Assembly: GCA_951406725.2 (NCBI GenBank)
Contig: OX597820.1
Location: 73,036,001 to 73,100,000 of the forward strand
DNA length: 64,000 bases
From: Octopus vulgaris
Lineage: Eukaryota
Reading direction: 5' to 3'
A model generated the notes under the pieces. That model had not been told where the DNA came from. It did no database searches and was given only the letters and a program-made list of their open reading frames with translations. A program made the translations under genes and the position numbers. Position 1 is the first letter of the stretch. Each line of letters opens with the position of its first letter. This document shows positions 1 through 11,861 of the stretch, one piece after another.

Positions 1-13
1 GTCACACAACTCA

Positions 14-168
14 CTTTACGTTTCGAGTACAAATTCCGCCGGGGTTAATTTTGGTTTCATCCTCTCGGGGGTCAATAAAATGAAGTACCAGTCAAATACT
101 TAGGTTAATGTAATCGCCTTGCTCCCACCTCCTAAAAATACTGGCTTCGTGCCAAAATTTGAAACTCA
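14..168 (+). mobile_element. Decayed partial SINE family A copy (B-box, core, tail)
   Basis: Degenerate match to the family A core (tacgtttcgagtacaaattccgcc...tttcatcctctcgggggtcaataaa...aagtaccag) seen intact elsewhere in the window. Confidence 0.65.
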
Positions 169-407
169 TTGTTTTCTTTTGATATCGCTTCATGTAACAG
201 TCCTTACTGGATGTCAACCTGATACCGAGGACAGCTATTGTCATGTAACGGTGGTGTTTCGCCACAGAATGTGGCTATATAAAAGGCATAGAATTAATTT
301 AGACCTGCGATATAGAGATATAAATCAAAATAATAAGGCAAAAAGCTACAACTCTTTTATTAGGTATCAAAAAATATGGCGAGGCTTTTGTATATGCTAG
401 GTTTACC

Positions 408-640
408 TATTTCTTTACTACCCACAAGGGGCTAAACACAGAGAGGACAAACAAGGACAGACAAACGGATTAAGTCGATTATATCGACCCCAGTGCGTAA
501 CTAGTACTTAATTTATCGACCCCGAAAGGATGAAAGGCAAAGTCGACCTTGGCGGAATTTGAACTCAGAACGTAACGACAGACGAAATACCACTAAGCAT
601 TTCGCCCGGCGTGCTAACGTTTCTACCAGCTCGCCGCCTT
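408..640 (-). mobile_element. SINE family A monomer (tRNA-derived head, Meta-SINE-like core)
   Basis: Minus strand has head GGCGGCGAGCTGGTAGAAACGTTAGC, B-box GAGTTCAAATTCC and core GCCTTTCATCCTTTCGGGGTCGATAAATTAAGTAC. Flanked by a 13-bp TSD tgctaggtttacc (395-407, 641-653). The Meta-domain label is from memory. Confidence 0.9.
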
Positions 641-1287
641 TGCTAGGTTTACCGAGGATGTTTTTCAAGAAACTCATCTACCCTTTTCTTTATGACACCA
701 AATTCGTCAAAAATATATTAGGTTGTTTGTTTTCAATTGCCACATTCTGTTTAACCTCGATTTCTCTATCTTCGGGCTTCACACATTTTTCACATTCTTT
801 ATCAGACAGAATCATGGTATAGTCATGTCAGTGAGTAGGCATGTTTTATTTTAAAATCTTGAACAACGATATCAGTCCAGTTGACGTTTATGGTGTAATC
901 TGGGTGGATTGTAAAATTCCATAAAACTGTTACATCTCTTGCTTCGATTTCTGGTAAAGTATGGTGTTCATTCCAACTTCTATCATGTTCTGAACCATAA
1001 CGTTTGCAAAGTACTCAATAAATGATTTAGCCCACCCGATCGTACCCGGCTTTATATTCAGTTGGAACCAAGGAAGATCACTCTGAAGTTACATGTTCTA
1101 TTGTCTTGATTTGTTCGTCACAGACTCTGCATTTTGGGTCTGGTTCATTTTTGAGGACGTTTGCTTAGCATTTTCTTATAAATAAGTTCTGGGCTTAGGC
1201 AGCAAGGAAAAATTCTTCTGGTTTCGCTTTTAACCCTCAGTTGCATAACCACTGATGGGTTTCTGGTTGGCCAGCATCAACAGCCTG

Positions 1288-1729
1288 TACATTATTTACA
1301 TTGACGGATATGTTCTCATCAACATTTCGGCTGATTTACTCTCCAGCCTTTATCAGGTGTCCTGGTAGAATTTTGAACCCAACACTGGCTTCTCATTCCT
1401 AAGGTATTATTTTTTTTATTATATTTTTATTATTATTATTATTATTTATTCAAGGCACTGTCTGGAATTGAACTCGGAATCTTGGGGTTAGTAGCCCGCG
1501 CTCTTAACCATTATGCTATATGCCCGTGCCTTGAATAAATAATAATAACATCAGCAAACAAATACCTAAGGAATGAGAACCCAGAGTTGGGTTCAAAATT
1601 CTACCAGGACACCTGATGAAGGCTGGAGAATAAATCAGCCGAAACGTTGTGGTAACAACAAACAAGATGAGGTCACATATTCATCCAATGTAAATAATGA
1701 ACAGAAATCCTCATCTATGAAATATAGAA
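1288..1729. mobile_element. Palindromic non-autonomous element: tRNA-like head between inverted HHR-bearing arms
   Basis: Inverted arms ~1287-1458 and ~1526-1702, extra 3' tail ~1703-1729, and a 13-bp TSD catcaaca(g/t)cctg at 1275-1287 and 1730-1742. The central minus-strand segment has A-box TAGCATAATGG and B-box GAGTTCAATTCC. Confidence 0.85.
1610..1651 (+). ncRNA. Minimal type I hammerhead ribozyme (PLE-type)
   Basis: CAC-CTGATGA-A-GGCTG[gagaataaat]CAGCC-GAAAC-GTT-GTG: canonical core, 5-bp stem II, 3-bp stem I, palindromic ACGT stem III. Confidence 0.8.
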
Positions 1730-2861
1730 CATCAACATCCTGAATGCAAAATGGGTTTTGGCCGTACAGAGAATTTTGCCACAGTCTATCTGTCAGTGTT
1801 TTAAAGCTCTCAGACTTCGCTTTATTTCTAAGAATTCTAGCTGTCTTGGTTGAAAGTAGGTCAACTTGATTTGAAATTTCTGATATTGGTTTTTAGTTCT
1901 TTTCAGTATCTCTCTGCTTCTTCTTGCTTTCGTAGTCTTTTGCTACTATTATCATCCAATTTGATTTTGTGTAGATAAGTTTGCAGGCCAATTATGGATG
2001 TTTCACAGGATAATCCAAGTAGGACGGTCTCTCTCCCATCTTCTTTTCTCGGCAGGTAGAAACGGTTGATGTGTATTTCAGGGTGGAGCATTTTGTTAGC
2101 GGTGAGAAGTTAACGTGTTTTACTATCCATTTTCTGACGGCCAATAGATTCCAGTTGATAAGAATTTAATCATGCAGCAGATACCGCTAAGGTGTTGACA
2201 GATTCGCTAATTTTTAGTTAAATTCAGTTTCGAAAGACCAGACTTACTCTTCTGCAAAACTCTTTTCAAATTTTTTTCTTTCCTTTGAGTATGTTAGATT
2301 CCATTGCACTCGTTTATATCTCGGAGATATTCATAAGTGTCCTCAAGATCCAGTTCTTGTACAGCAATTGTTTAGGTCATGTTTGATTGATGATGTGGTA
2401 AGCTTCCCTCTTCTGAAAGTTGTTGTTGGACACTTATCCAGTCAAATTCCAATTTTAAGGTTTTACTAAACTGCTTTGCCGTTGTTAAAAGTCCTTCTAA
2501 CTCCTGATCATTTTCAGCAGAGAGTTTCAGATCATCCATAAAGATTAAGAGATTGATTCTGTTAATGTTATTGTTTGTTCTCTTGAATCCGTATTCAGTG
2601 TTATACAGTTCACTAGAAAGTAGGAAGAATGCTATAGAGAAAAAGTGAGTGAGAGTCTTCTAGGAACATTTAGAATACTTTGATTTTGCTTTATTGCATG
2701 AGTCTGTTGTGCTGGTTAAAAAGAGCGAATTTATTCATTTCGTCATACTATATAGACGAATTCTAGAGATCACGTGGAGAGATATTGTGTGCTTCTAGAG
2801 GTTTCGGTATCCAAATTTATTGCTGTTTCTTTCAGTATTTTCCAGCGTTTGCCTCTGATAG

Positions 2862-3263
2862 GGACAGGCATGGTTATGTGGTTAAGAAGGATCGCTTTGC
2901 TACCACATGGTTTCGAGTTCAGTCCCACTTAAACAAGTGTCTTCAACTGCAATCTCGGATCGAACAACGCTGTATGAGTGAATTTAATTGATGGAAACTG
3001 TGTGGAAGCCCGTCGTATATGTGTGTGTCTGTACGTGCGTGTATGTGTGTGTGTGTGTGTGTGTTCAATGACCGTCTGACAACTTATGTCAGTTTGTTTA
3101 CGTCCCAGTAAATTAGTTCGGCGAAAGATACCGATAGAATAAGTACCAAACTTTGAAAATATAAATACTAGGGTCGATTTGTTTGACTAAACCCTTCAAA
3201 GCGTTGCCCAAGCATGGCTGCTGTCCAATGACTGAAACAAGTAAAAGATAAAAAGTTAAAAAG
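2862..3263 (+). mobile_element. SINE family B, decayed
   Basis: tRNA-like head (accacatggtttcgagttcagtcccac), internal (TG)n and tail agcatggctgctgtccaatgactgaaacaagtaaaaga. Confidence 0.8.
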
Positions 3264-4849
3264 ATTTTTTTCTTTTTTTTTTCTTTATATTAACAAGTCT
3301 TTCTACAATGTCACACATATATTTTTAAAAATTTAAGCTACAGTCATTTTGAATTACTGATAGCTATATTTTAGTCTTTGTCACGCATGGCCGACAAATT
3401 TCGTTACACTCAATTCAAATTACTCGTTTACCCCGAAACGACACCAATGGCTGCTAATTAAGACAGTTATCTCCAGCAGCTAAACACCATTATTCATTAT
3501 AGCTGTACTAATTTGTAGCATTGTTCTCGTATTATGTACGCGTCCACTTAATCAGGAGCATCACCACCGACAATCATAACCACTACCACAATCTCTATCC
3601 TCCACCATCGCCACTACCAACACCACCTTCATTATCGTCTTGCTCTTTGTATGACAGTTTTGAAATTGATATCTTTAAAGTGGGCTTCAATTTGTCTTCC
3701 ATGTTGTTCTCAGAGGTATTTCCTTTAAATGTTACTCATACATAATTCATCCTGTTCCGTTTGAGGCATTTATAGTTCAAAATACTTCATAGAAATACCT
3801 AATTTCTCTTTACGAATGCTGTCTAGTTCTTCTACTATATACATTTCGGCTCTTTCCGGAAAGAAATGTATATATATTTTGGGGTTTCTTTTTTTATTAT
3901 TTTCCCCGTAGATTAAAACTTCTACAACATCTAATTTCAACGTGATAGCCGTATCTAGCACCAATTCTTTTATCTACATAGATATAAACTCTCATAGAAT
4001 TTTCAGTTTTAACTATTTTGTCTTATCAAATTTCACTTTTACATATTATCGCTTTGATGCTGTTACCATTCTACAAATCTTTTACACAGCTGTCGATGAT
4101 CCAGCTATCCTTGTATTTCATCTTTGATAGATCAGAATGAGAATCTTTCGTGACAATCTATTATGTACCTCTGTTCTCGTTTATCACGGATGTTTGGTTA
4201 AAACATGTTTACTGAATCATTCATAAATGAATAACCGAGCATAGGGCAAAAATAGGCTCCGTTCCGAGATCCCATGTTGTCCTGAGCTTTGCGGATGTTA
4301 GCTGGGACTCGCTTTTGCGGACCAAGCAGAATTTTTGTTACTGATCACCAACCCTTTTTATCACAGATCAATTCGTGATAAGCGTGACGGGTTCTTAATT
4401 GAGCGTACTGTATTATTTGGATCAGTGACGAGCCGGTGATAAACGTGGATAAATGTACCAGCTTTCCTCAAAAAGATTTTAACTGTATAAATTTCTAATT
4501 TTAATTCGGAATCGATTCCTCTGTTGTCAATAAAATCATTATTCACCACTAATAGCATCGTTCACTGTGGTAAGCATTCTAGTGCAAAGGTAAGTTCTTG
4601 AATTAAATTTACGATTCAGTTTCAGTTGTCGATTGAAGCATTCTTTTACACTTGTTCTGCTAAAATAACACAATCTCTGTATAATTTCCCTATTCACCCC
4701 GTAATGAGTTTAGGATCTTGTGCTTTAAGTCAGTACCAGTAGAATGCATTAAGCTTACTGACTACCTGTAACATGTTAAGTTCATTTTTCTATTTGATTT
4801 TACTCACCCACGCCATTCTGTATTTTATCTTCTCAATATTTTCAGGTTT

Positions 4850-5165
4850 CAAGCACGCAGGACAAAATACTTACCGGCATTTCATCCGTCTTTTCGTACT
4901 GAGTTCATTTCGCCGAGGTCGACTTTGCCTTTCATTCGTCCTGAGTCGATAAAATAAGCACCAGTTGAGTACTGAGGTCGACACAATCGACTTACCCCAC
5001 CCCCGAAATTGTTGGACTTGTACCAACATTTGAAACCAATATTATTTGTGTGTCTAACATCGCGAGCTGGTAGAATCGTTATGGCACCGGAAAAATTCTT
5101 AGCGGCAGTTCTTCTGTCTTTATGTTCTGAGTTCAAATGCCACCGAGATCGACTTTGCATTTCAT
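4850..5165 (+). mobile_element. Two decayed SINE family A copies
   Basis: gagttcatttcgccgaggtcgactttgcctttcat core, followed by a second head gcgagctggtagaatcgtt...gagttcaaatgcc. Confidence 0.75.
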
Positions 5166-5295
5166 ACCACAAATACCATGAGCCAATAAGGGGATCTTTA
5201 CATGATCACTTGACCTACAAGAAATTGCAGCCGAGTTCTTTTTCAAATGATAATTTGTCGTCATGGCAAAGGAACTGACAAATTCGATCGATACA

Positions 5296-5717
5296 TAAGT
5301 GTAGCCGTAGCTGTGTGGTTATGAAACTTGCTTTGCAACTACATGGTTTCAGTTCATTCCTTCTGCGCGACACCTTGGGCGAGTGTCTTCTGTTGTAATC
5401 CCGGACCGACTGAACAGTTTGTGAGCGAATTTGGTACATGAAAACTATGTGAAAGCCCGTCAAATGTATGTATGTATGTATGTATGTAGGTAGGTAGGTA
5501 GGCGTGTGCACGCGCGCGTCTTTGTCCCTCACTATCGCTTGGTAGCCAGGGCTGGTTTGTTTACGCCCCTAAAGCGTTTTGCCAAAAGCAATTGATAGAA
5601 TAAGAACCAGACATAGAAAAACTTAAATATTTGATTCAAGTAAACCCTTCAAGGCGCTATCTCAGCATGGCCGCAGTCCAATGACTGATACAAGTAAAAG
5701 ACAAACGACAAAAGATA
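5296..5717 (+). mobile_element. SINE family B, decayed
   Basis: Head, caccttgggcgagtgtcttct core, internal (TATG)n and tail cagcatggccgcagtccaatgactga. Confidence 0.8.
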
Positions 5718-6527
5718 ATCATGAAAAAGATAGGATGGTCACCATGGAACGCCTTTTAATTATAAGCCAGCTGATTTGATCGAAGCTGACCTGGGCTTAA
5801 ACATCGCCAGAAACAACAAACGGAAGCTGCTCGTGCAGACCAAAATGTCTAAACGTTTGATCTGCCGCTAACGACTTGGAGACTTCCTTCTTATCAAACG
5901 CAAAGAAAGCTAACAATGTCAATCACGACAATTAATTATTTGATAATGAACGACTGCTATTGAAGATGTTGACAACAGCCCGGCCATTAGCAATACGTCT
6001 TCGTGTAAAAGTTACTATTATTTTCAGCAGCAGCAGCAATACGCGATCAGCCTAGAAGAAATATAAAGAGAAAACTAATATTGTAGATTTTGATAGAAAT
6101 GAGCATTGTCCTATTATAATCTTTGGTCGGACGTATAAAATAATTAGATTGTCAGATAAATTCGTTCGTTATTTTTCTAACTTTGCACTCCGTCGTCATT
6201 TGTTTGAAAAGGGGTAAATTTTAATTTTAAATCCCTCAGACGATAAACGAAAGTTGTAGAGGGAAAATAGTCAGAAAATATCCATAAAACTCTATGATAG
6301 AACTATTTTTCGTATTTTACTCAAATAACAATGGAAAGGATTAAAATACAAACGAAAGAAAAAAAAAATGAATTTATCTGACAAACCGATACTAAGCAGT
6401 ATTTGTTCAAGATTTTACGATCCACGTTCAAATCATGTGGTAGGAAACTTTTTCTTTCAGCCTTGTGGAAGTCTATAAAATAAATTATTAGTCAAGCACT
6501 GATACCGGTATTATTATCTGCTCCCTA

Positions 6528-7030
6528 AGGTGGTGAGCTGGCAAGATTCGTGAGCGCGTCGGACAAAATGCTTAGCGCCCATTCGTCCGTCTTTACATTC
6601 TGAGTTCAAATTCCGCCGAGGTCTACTTTGCCTTTCATCCTTTTGAAGTCGATAAAATAAGTTCCAGTTGAACACTGGGCTCGATGTATTCGACTTATCC
6701 CTTCCCACAAAACTTCGGGCCTTCTACTTATATGAGAAAGGATTAGCTGCAATTCCCCTCTCCACAAAATTTCAGACCTTATACCTGTAATAGAAACAGT
6801 TACTGAGATATGAGGATAATCGAATTGGCAGAACCGTTTGAGCATCAGACAAAAATACTTGCGTTATTTGTAGAAGAACTTTACGTTCTGAGCCCAACTT
6901 CCCTTGAAGTTGACTTTGCCTTTCATCCTTTCGGGGTCGATAAAATAAAGCATCATTCATGAACGGGGGTCGATGCTGTCGGCTAACTCCTTCCTCCCAA
7001 AATTTCGGCCTCGTATCAAAATTTGAAGCT
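6528..7030 (+). mobile_element. Two tandem SINE family A copies
   Basis: ggtggtgagctggcaag...ctgagttcaaattccgccgaggtctactttgcctttcatcc, then a second more decayed copy from ~6815. Confidence 0.8.
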
Positions 7031-7665
7031 ATTGTTATTTCTACTATCATTATTATTATCCTTACTGGCAGTACATTATATGATATGGAGGAAAGTCTAT
7101 GATTCAAACAACAAAGACGGGAGAAAACAGGAAAAACAAAAGCATTTAATTAATTAGTTGATTAATTAATTAAGAATATCCTGTGAAGTTGTTTATAAGA
7201 AATAATGCTTTGAACGCCATGATAGATGAAAACAATTGCTGTGCGCCATCACCAGCTTCCTTCCACACGGCAAAATTGGCAGCGAAAAAGTGTTGCTGCT
7301 ATTAAAGCAACAACGAATGGACGCTGATATAGCTGCATAGTTAAGAAGTTCGACTCACAATCACTTCGTTTCTGATTTGACTTTTTTTTGCAGTGCGTTG
7401 GGTGGCCGTTTAATTTAACCATTTGCCTATCCAAAACATTTGCCTGTCCAAATCTTTCTCATGGTTTGTCCTAAACGCCCATGCTTGTTTTCAGACCTTT
7501 AGTTAATCCTTGTTTCATATGTTCGGAGTAATATAAAGCTCTGCTTTTGTAGGTCCCAAGTTACTCTGACGGTAGAAAAATATGAATTCGGAATATGCAT
7601 CATCTATGATGCATGTATGCCAGGGAAATATGCCATGTGTATCACATGTGATATAAGTGACAGGA

Positions 7666-8265
7666 GGGCGGCGAGCTGGCAGAAACGTTAGCTGATCAAA
7701 ATCTTGTGGCCGGAGTTGGTAAACTGCAAGAAGATTGTCGTATACGTATGTATATAACTATGCTTTCGGGATCGATTAAATAAATTTCAGTTACGCACTG
7801 GGTTCGATCTAATCGACTTAATCCGTTTGTCTGTCCTTGTTTGTCTCCTCTGTGTTTATCCCCTTGTGGGTAGTAAAGAAATAGGTATTTAGTCTGCCGC
7901 TACGTTCTGAGTTTAAATTCCGCCGAGGTCGACTTTGTCTTTCATCCTTTCGGAGTCAATTAAATAAGTACCAGTTACGCACTGGGGTCGATATAATCGA
8001 CTTAATCCGTTTGTCTGTCCTTGTTTGTCCTCTCTTGGTTTAGTCCCTTGTGGGTAGTGCAGAAATAGGTATTTCGTCTGCTGCTCCGTTCTGAGTTCAA
8101 ATTCCGCCGAGTTCAACTTTGCCTTTCATCCTTTCGGGATCGATTAAATAAATACCAGTTACGCACTGGGCTCGATCTAATCGACTTAATTCCTTTGTCT
8201 GTCCTTGATTGTCTCCTCTATGTTTAGCCCCTTCCCCCCATTCGTTTGGGCAACAAAGAAATAGA
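7666..8265 (+). mobile_element. SINE family A trimer with a foreign 73-bp patch
   Basis: Head at ~7666, then three core+tail units (the first partial; full units ~185 bp) joined at aaataggtattt. Segment 7691-7763 matches 9483-9555. Confidence 0.9.
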
Positions 8266-8752
8266 TATGAATGACAGGAAAAGTGTTAATGGACGCTGAA
8301 CCGTCGCAAATTGTTATCAGAACTTTGTTGTTACCCTTCTTGGAGCAATTAAACGTAGCATAGAAGTTAGTACACAGGGAAAATGTTTGAATATCCTAAC
8401 GGTTGCTGCAGACTGGACATCATAAAATAGAGGAATATTTGGGTGGGGGGGTATGGCAAATATAGTCGTTGTTTGAAAAATAATGAGATTTGATACCCGA
8501 AGAAGTACAAATAAATTATTTATAAAACACCTAACAGTTCAAGAACAACTTGAGGCACCCAGGTGTCTTGAAATTGTCTAAAATTGGAGGAAAAATCCGT
8601 GTCTTACTGTGTTTTTTTAATATTTAAAAGTATGGTGTGCATGTTGCTATTTGAGTTGGCCATTTGGAGGAATGTAATTGTAAGGAAGTGTATCAACAGG
8701 GATTTAACATCTCAACGAGTTTGCTTATGCCGTGTCTATTTTGATAAAATAT

Positions 8753-9108
8753 TCTTTCATTCTTTTACTTGTTACAATCATTTGACTGCGGCGGTGCGGG
8801 AGCACCGCCTTTAGTCGAACAAATCGAACCCAGGACTTATTCTTTGTTAGCCTAGTACTTATTCTATCGGTCTCTTTTGCCGAACCGCTATGTTACGGGG
8901 ACGTAAACACACCAGCACCGTTGGAGGGGGGGGGGCAAAGACACACACATATATATTTATATATATATATATACGACGGGTTTCTTTCAGTTTCCGTCTA
9001 CCAAATCCACTCATAAGGCTTTGGTTGGCTCGAGGCTATAGTAGAAGACACTTGCCCAAAGTGCCATGCAGTGGGACTGAACTCGGAGCCATGTGGTTGG
9101 TAAGCAAG
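8753..9108 (-). mobile_element. SINE family B
   Basis: Reverse complement of the family B body, internal (TA)n and most of the head. Confidence 0.9.
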
Positions 9109-9374
9109 GACAAATGAATATATATATACAGTATTCCGATGATCGTTTCTATAGGCCCGGGCCGACTAAACGCTTCGCTTGTGCATTTGATTGACGGAAA
9201 CTATATGGTTGCCTATCCGTATATGTGTATGTGACATGTATTTGTGTTTGTAATTCCCAACCGGTGTTGGTTTGTTTACGTCCCCGTAAGTTTGCGGCTC
9301 AGCAAAAATAGACCCAGAGAATAGGTACTAAGTCAAAAATTTAGTACTGCGGTAGATTTGATATCAATTAAACA

Positions 9375-9820
9375 TAGGCGCAGGTGTGGCCATGATGGAT
9401 GAAATTTGATTCCCAAGCCATGGGGTTCCGGGTTCACTCTCACTGCGTTGCACGTTGGGCGTATCTACTACTATAACCTCAGGCCGATCAAAACCTTGTG
9501 GCTGGAGTTGGTAAACTGCAAGAAGATTGTCGTATACGTATGTATATAACTATGCGTGTGATTTTTTTATATGTGTTTGTACCCCACCACAACTTGAGAA
9601 CCGGTGTTGGCTTGTTTACAAAAAAGATATGCTCTGAGAACGATCCATTCGATATGCTCTGAGATCGATCCATTCTTCTAAACCATTCGAGGTGGTGTCT
9701 CAGCATGGCCGCAGTCGTATGACTAAAACGAGTAAAAGATAAAATGTAAAAATAAACTTATCAAGGCAGTGCTCCAGCGTGGTCACAGTCTAATAACTGA
9801 AACAAGTAAACGAATAAAAC
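9375..9820 (+). mobile_element. SINE family B, diverged, with duplicated 3' tail
   Basis: Head taggcgcaggtgtggc...ccgggttcactctcactgcg and two tail copies (~9690-9745, ~9760-9820). A partial copy precedes it at ~9130-9370. Confidence 0.75.
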
Positions 9821-10945
9821 ATAAGTTTTAATGATAGCATTAAGTATTTTATTTCCTCCATTTAATATCTTGAGTTTTACAAACTGCATTTAAGATTGTA
9901 TTAAGTTTACTTATTTATTACTCAATAATTTGCAGTATTCTGCTAAACCAGGCAAAGCTATAAAGAGTTTAGATTTATGTGAATTGTATTACCACTGTAT
10001 TATTATATAAACTAGTAAGAGTTGCCATCTTAAGTTAACTATTGGCATTCGTTTCGACTCCAGCCAAGACTGGCACGCTTCAGACCGCATCCGTTTCACA
10101 CGATTGCCCACTGAAATGGGACTTTTTCTCATAACAGTAGGAAGTAGTGAGGCGGCTGGGAGAGAAGATGGTGGTGGCGGTTCGAATTAAATGTAGCATG
10201 GAATGATGTCGGCCAACGTTCAAGCTAGTGTCGTAAATAACGGAAATAAACGGAGGTGACGGACAGAAAAATTGGAATTGGTCGGCATGAGACCATGTTC
10301 CTGTCATGATCAGCCAACGATTGCTTAGTCAGAATGATAAACGAGACATGGAAAAATAAAACTGATATTGAAATCATATGTATTCGAAGACAGTAAATTT
10401 ATGTGATGAACAAGAAGATAAAATGATTTCCTGTCTTTGGGGAACAGAAAAGGGCAGAAAGGAAGAATAGGAATCTGCTTCTTCTGTATCATTCTATTGT
10501 CGGATTCCATTGAGATTGCTTGGCGCTTAAAAATTCGATCGTATTTGCAGTGCTATTCCTACTGGACTTATAAACACTTGGGACAAAGAACCATTATCTT
10601 CGTAAAGTTAATGAACCCTATAAATAAAATTTCTGATGGCTTTCTATCTAAAACAATGTTTTAGCTAGAAAACCATTTAGTTTTATTAGTGAGTCTCGCT
10701 ACGTTGAACCTTGGAACGGAGTGCGTGCGCCTCTAGTTTATGTCTCCGGATGACATTGATGTAATGTGGTGCGTGTGTGTGTGTGTGTGTGCACGCGCAT
10801 CGTGGCGCAGTGATTTCGACACCAGATGACACACCCGATTACATCTTTGTGTAAAATATATACTGACATACACAAATTCATTAAGATAATGACACTTTTC
10901 TCTGGCCCGCTCTGCCTGCAGAAGGTAGCGAACCCTGCGACTGGC

Positions 10946-10975
10946 GTCGTAAATCATAGTTCTTTCACTCTGTCA
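10946..10975 (-). promoter_or_regulatory. Candidate Hox-Pbx/Exd plus Meis/Hth composite site
   Basis: Minus strand reads ATGATTTACGAC (10946-10957) with TGACAG (10970-10975) nearby, in repeat-free sequence. Motif match only. Confidence 0.35.
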
Positions 10976-11631
10976 GAGCTAAATGGAAAGCAATTAGTGG
11001 AAGATAAAGCCTTGTCAAGGACAAACAAGGCCTTTTATACAACGTGTGACATAATTTAGTTGTACCATGAACGCATTTTGATCACAAGACAGCTACATTT
11101 CTGGAGCTTTGGAGGCAACAGAGCAGAAAGGGGGGAAACAAATAAATTGGAAGCCATAAGGTTAATTAAAACTGAAATTTAAATAGTTTCATTAACATTA
11201 TCAATTTTAATTAAATATTCTTTTGTAAATTCTTTACTTTTAATTGGAAATTTTTCTTTCACTTTTTTCTTTTTATTTTTCACTGAAATTTAATTATACA
11301 CCAGAAATCTGTATTTTGCGTTGGAAACGAATGTTTATGTAGAGAACATTTTCGATGCCGACTATCAGCCAGCCTCTCTGAGTTCGCCCGACGCCATCTC
11401 CTCGGAATGGATTAATAAACTGAATAAGTCACTCCGGGGTGTAATTTACCGGAAAAAAGACGGGATGGTCACAGTTAAATCCCCGTTCTGACGACAACGA
11501 TTCGTCATAGAAAGTCATGATAAAATGAAGAAGCCTCTATATAATCACCGACCTGCTTGAAATAGCAGCTAAATATCCCTCATATAATACTATACTGTCT
11601 TAAAAAAACGAACAACACACTAGATGATATA

Positions 11632-11861
11632 GGCGGTGAGCTGGCAGAAACGTTAGCACGCCGGGCGAAATGCTTAGCGGTATTTCGTCGGCCGCTACGT
11701 TCTGAGTTCAAATTCCGCCGAGGTCGACTTTGCCTTTCATCCTTTCGGGGTCGATTAATTAAGTACCAGTTACGCACTGGGGTCGATGTAATCGACTTGA
11801 TCCGTTTGTCTGTCCTTGTTTGTACCCTCTGTGTGTAGCCCTTTGTGAGCAATAAAGAAAT
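11632..11861 (+). mobile_element. SINE family A monomer, near consensus
   Basis: Complete head-core-tail with an imperfect TSD tagatgatata/tagaaaatata, inserted into an older decayed repeat (~11530-11990). Confidence 0.9.

Larger units (their letters stand above)
654..2790 (-). pseudogene. Decayed R4/Dong-like non-LTR retrotransposon (RT plus restriction-like endonuclease), interrupted by an insertion at 1288-1729
   Basis: Minus-strand translations give RINLLIFMDDLKLSAENDQELEGLL (RT FMDD, ~2490-2560), HINRFYLPRKEDGR (ORF 1903-2091) and VTVLWNFTIHPDYTINVNWTDIVVQD (RLE-like, ~860-935). Many stops and frameshifts. Confidence 0.8.

Noticed and set aside
1455-1525. tRNA gene with ACT anticodon
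   Set aside because: The acceptor stem does not pair properly and it is embedded in a TSD-flanked insertion; treated as a tRNA-derived head.
3640-4830. Possible decayed retroelement on the minus strand (ORFs 3770-3964, 4361-4558)
   Set aside because: Only vague resemblance to PLE RT motifs; no catalytic motif found by eye. Needs a translated HMM search.
7763-8265. CRISPR-like or satellite array from the ~185-bp repeats
   Set aside because: The units are SINE modules without unique spacers, in a eukaryotic context with no cas genes.
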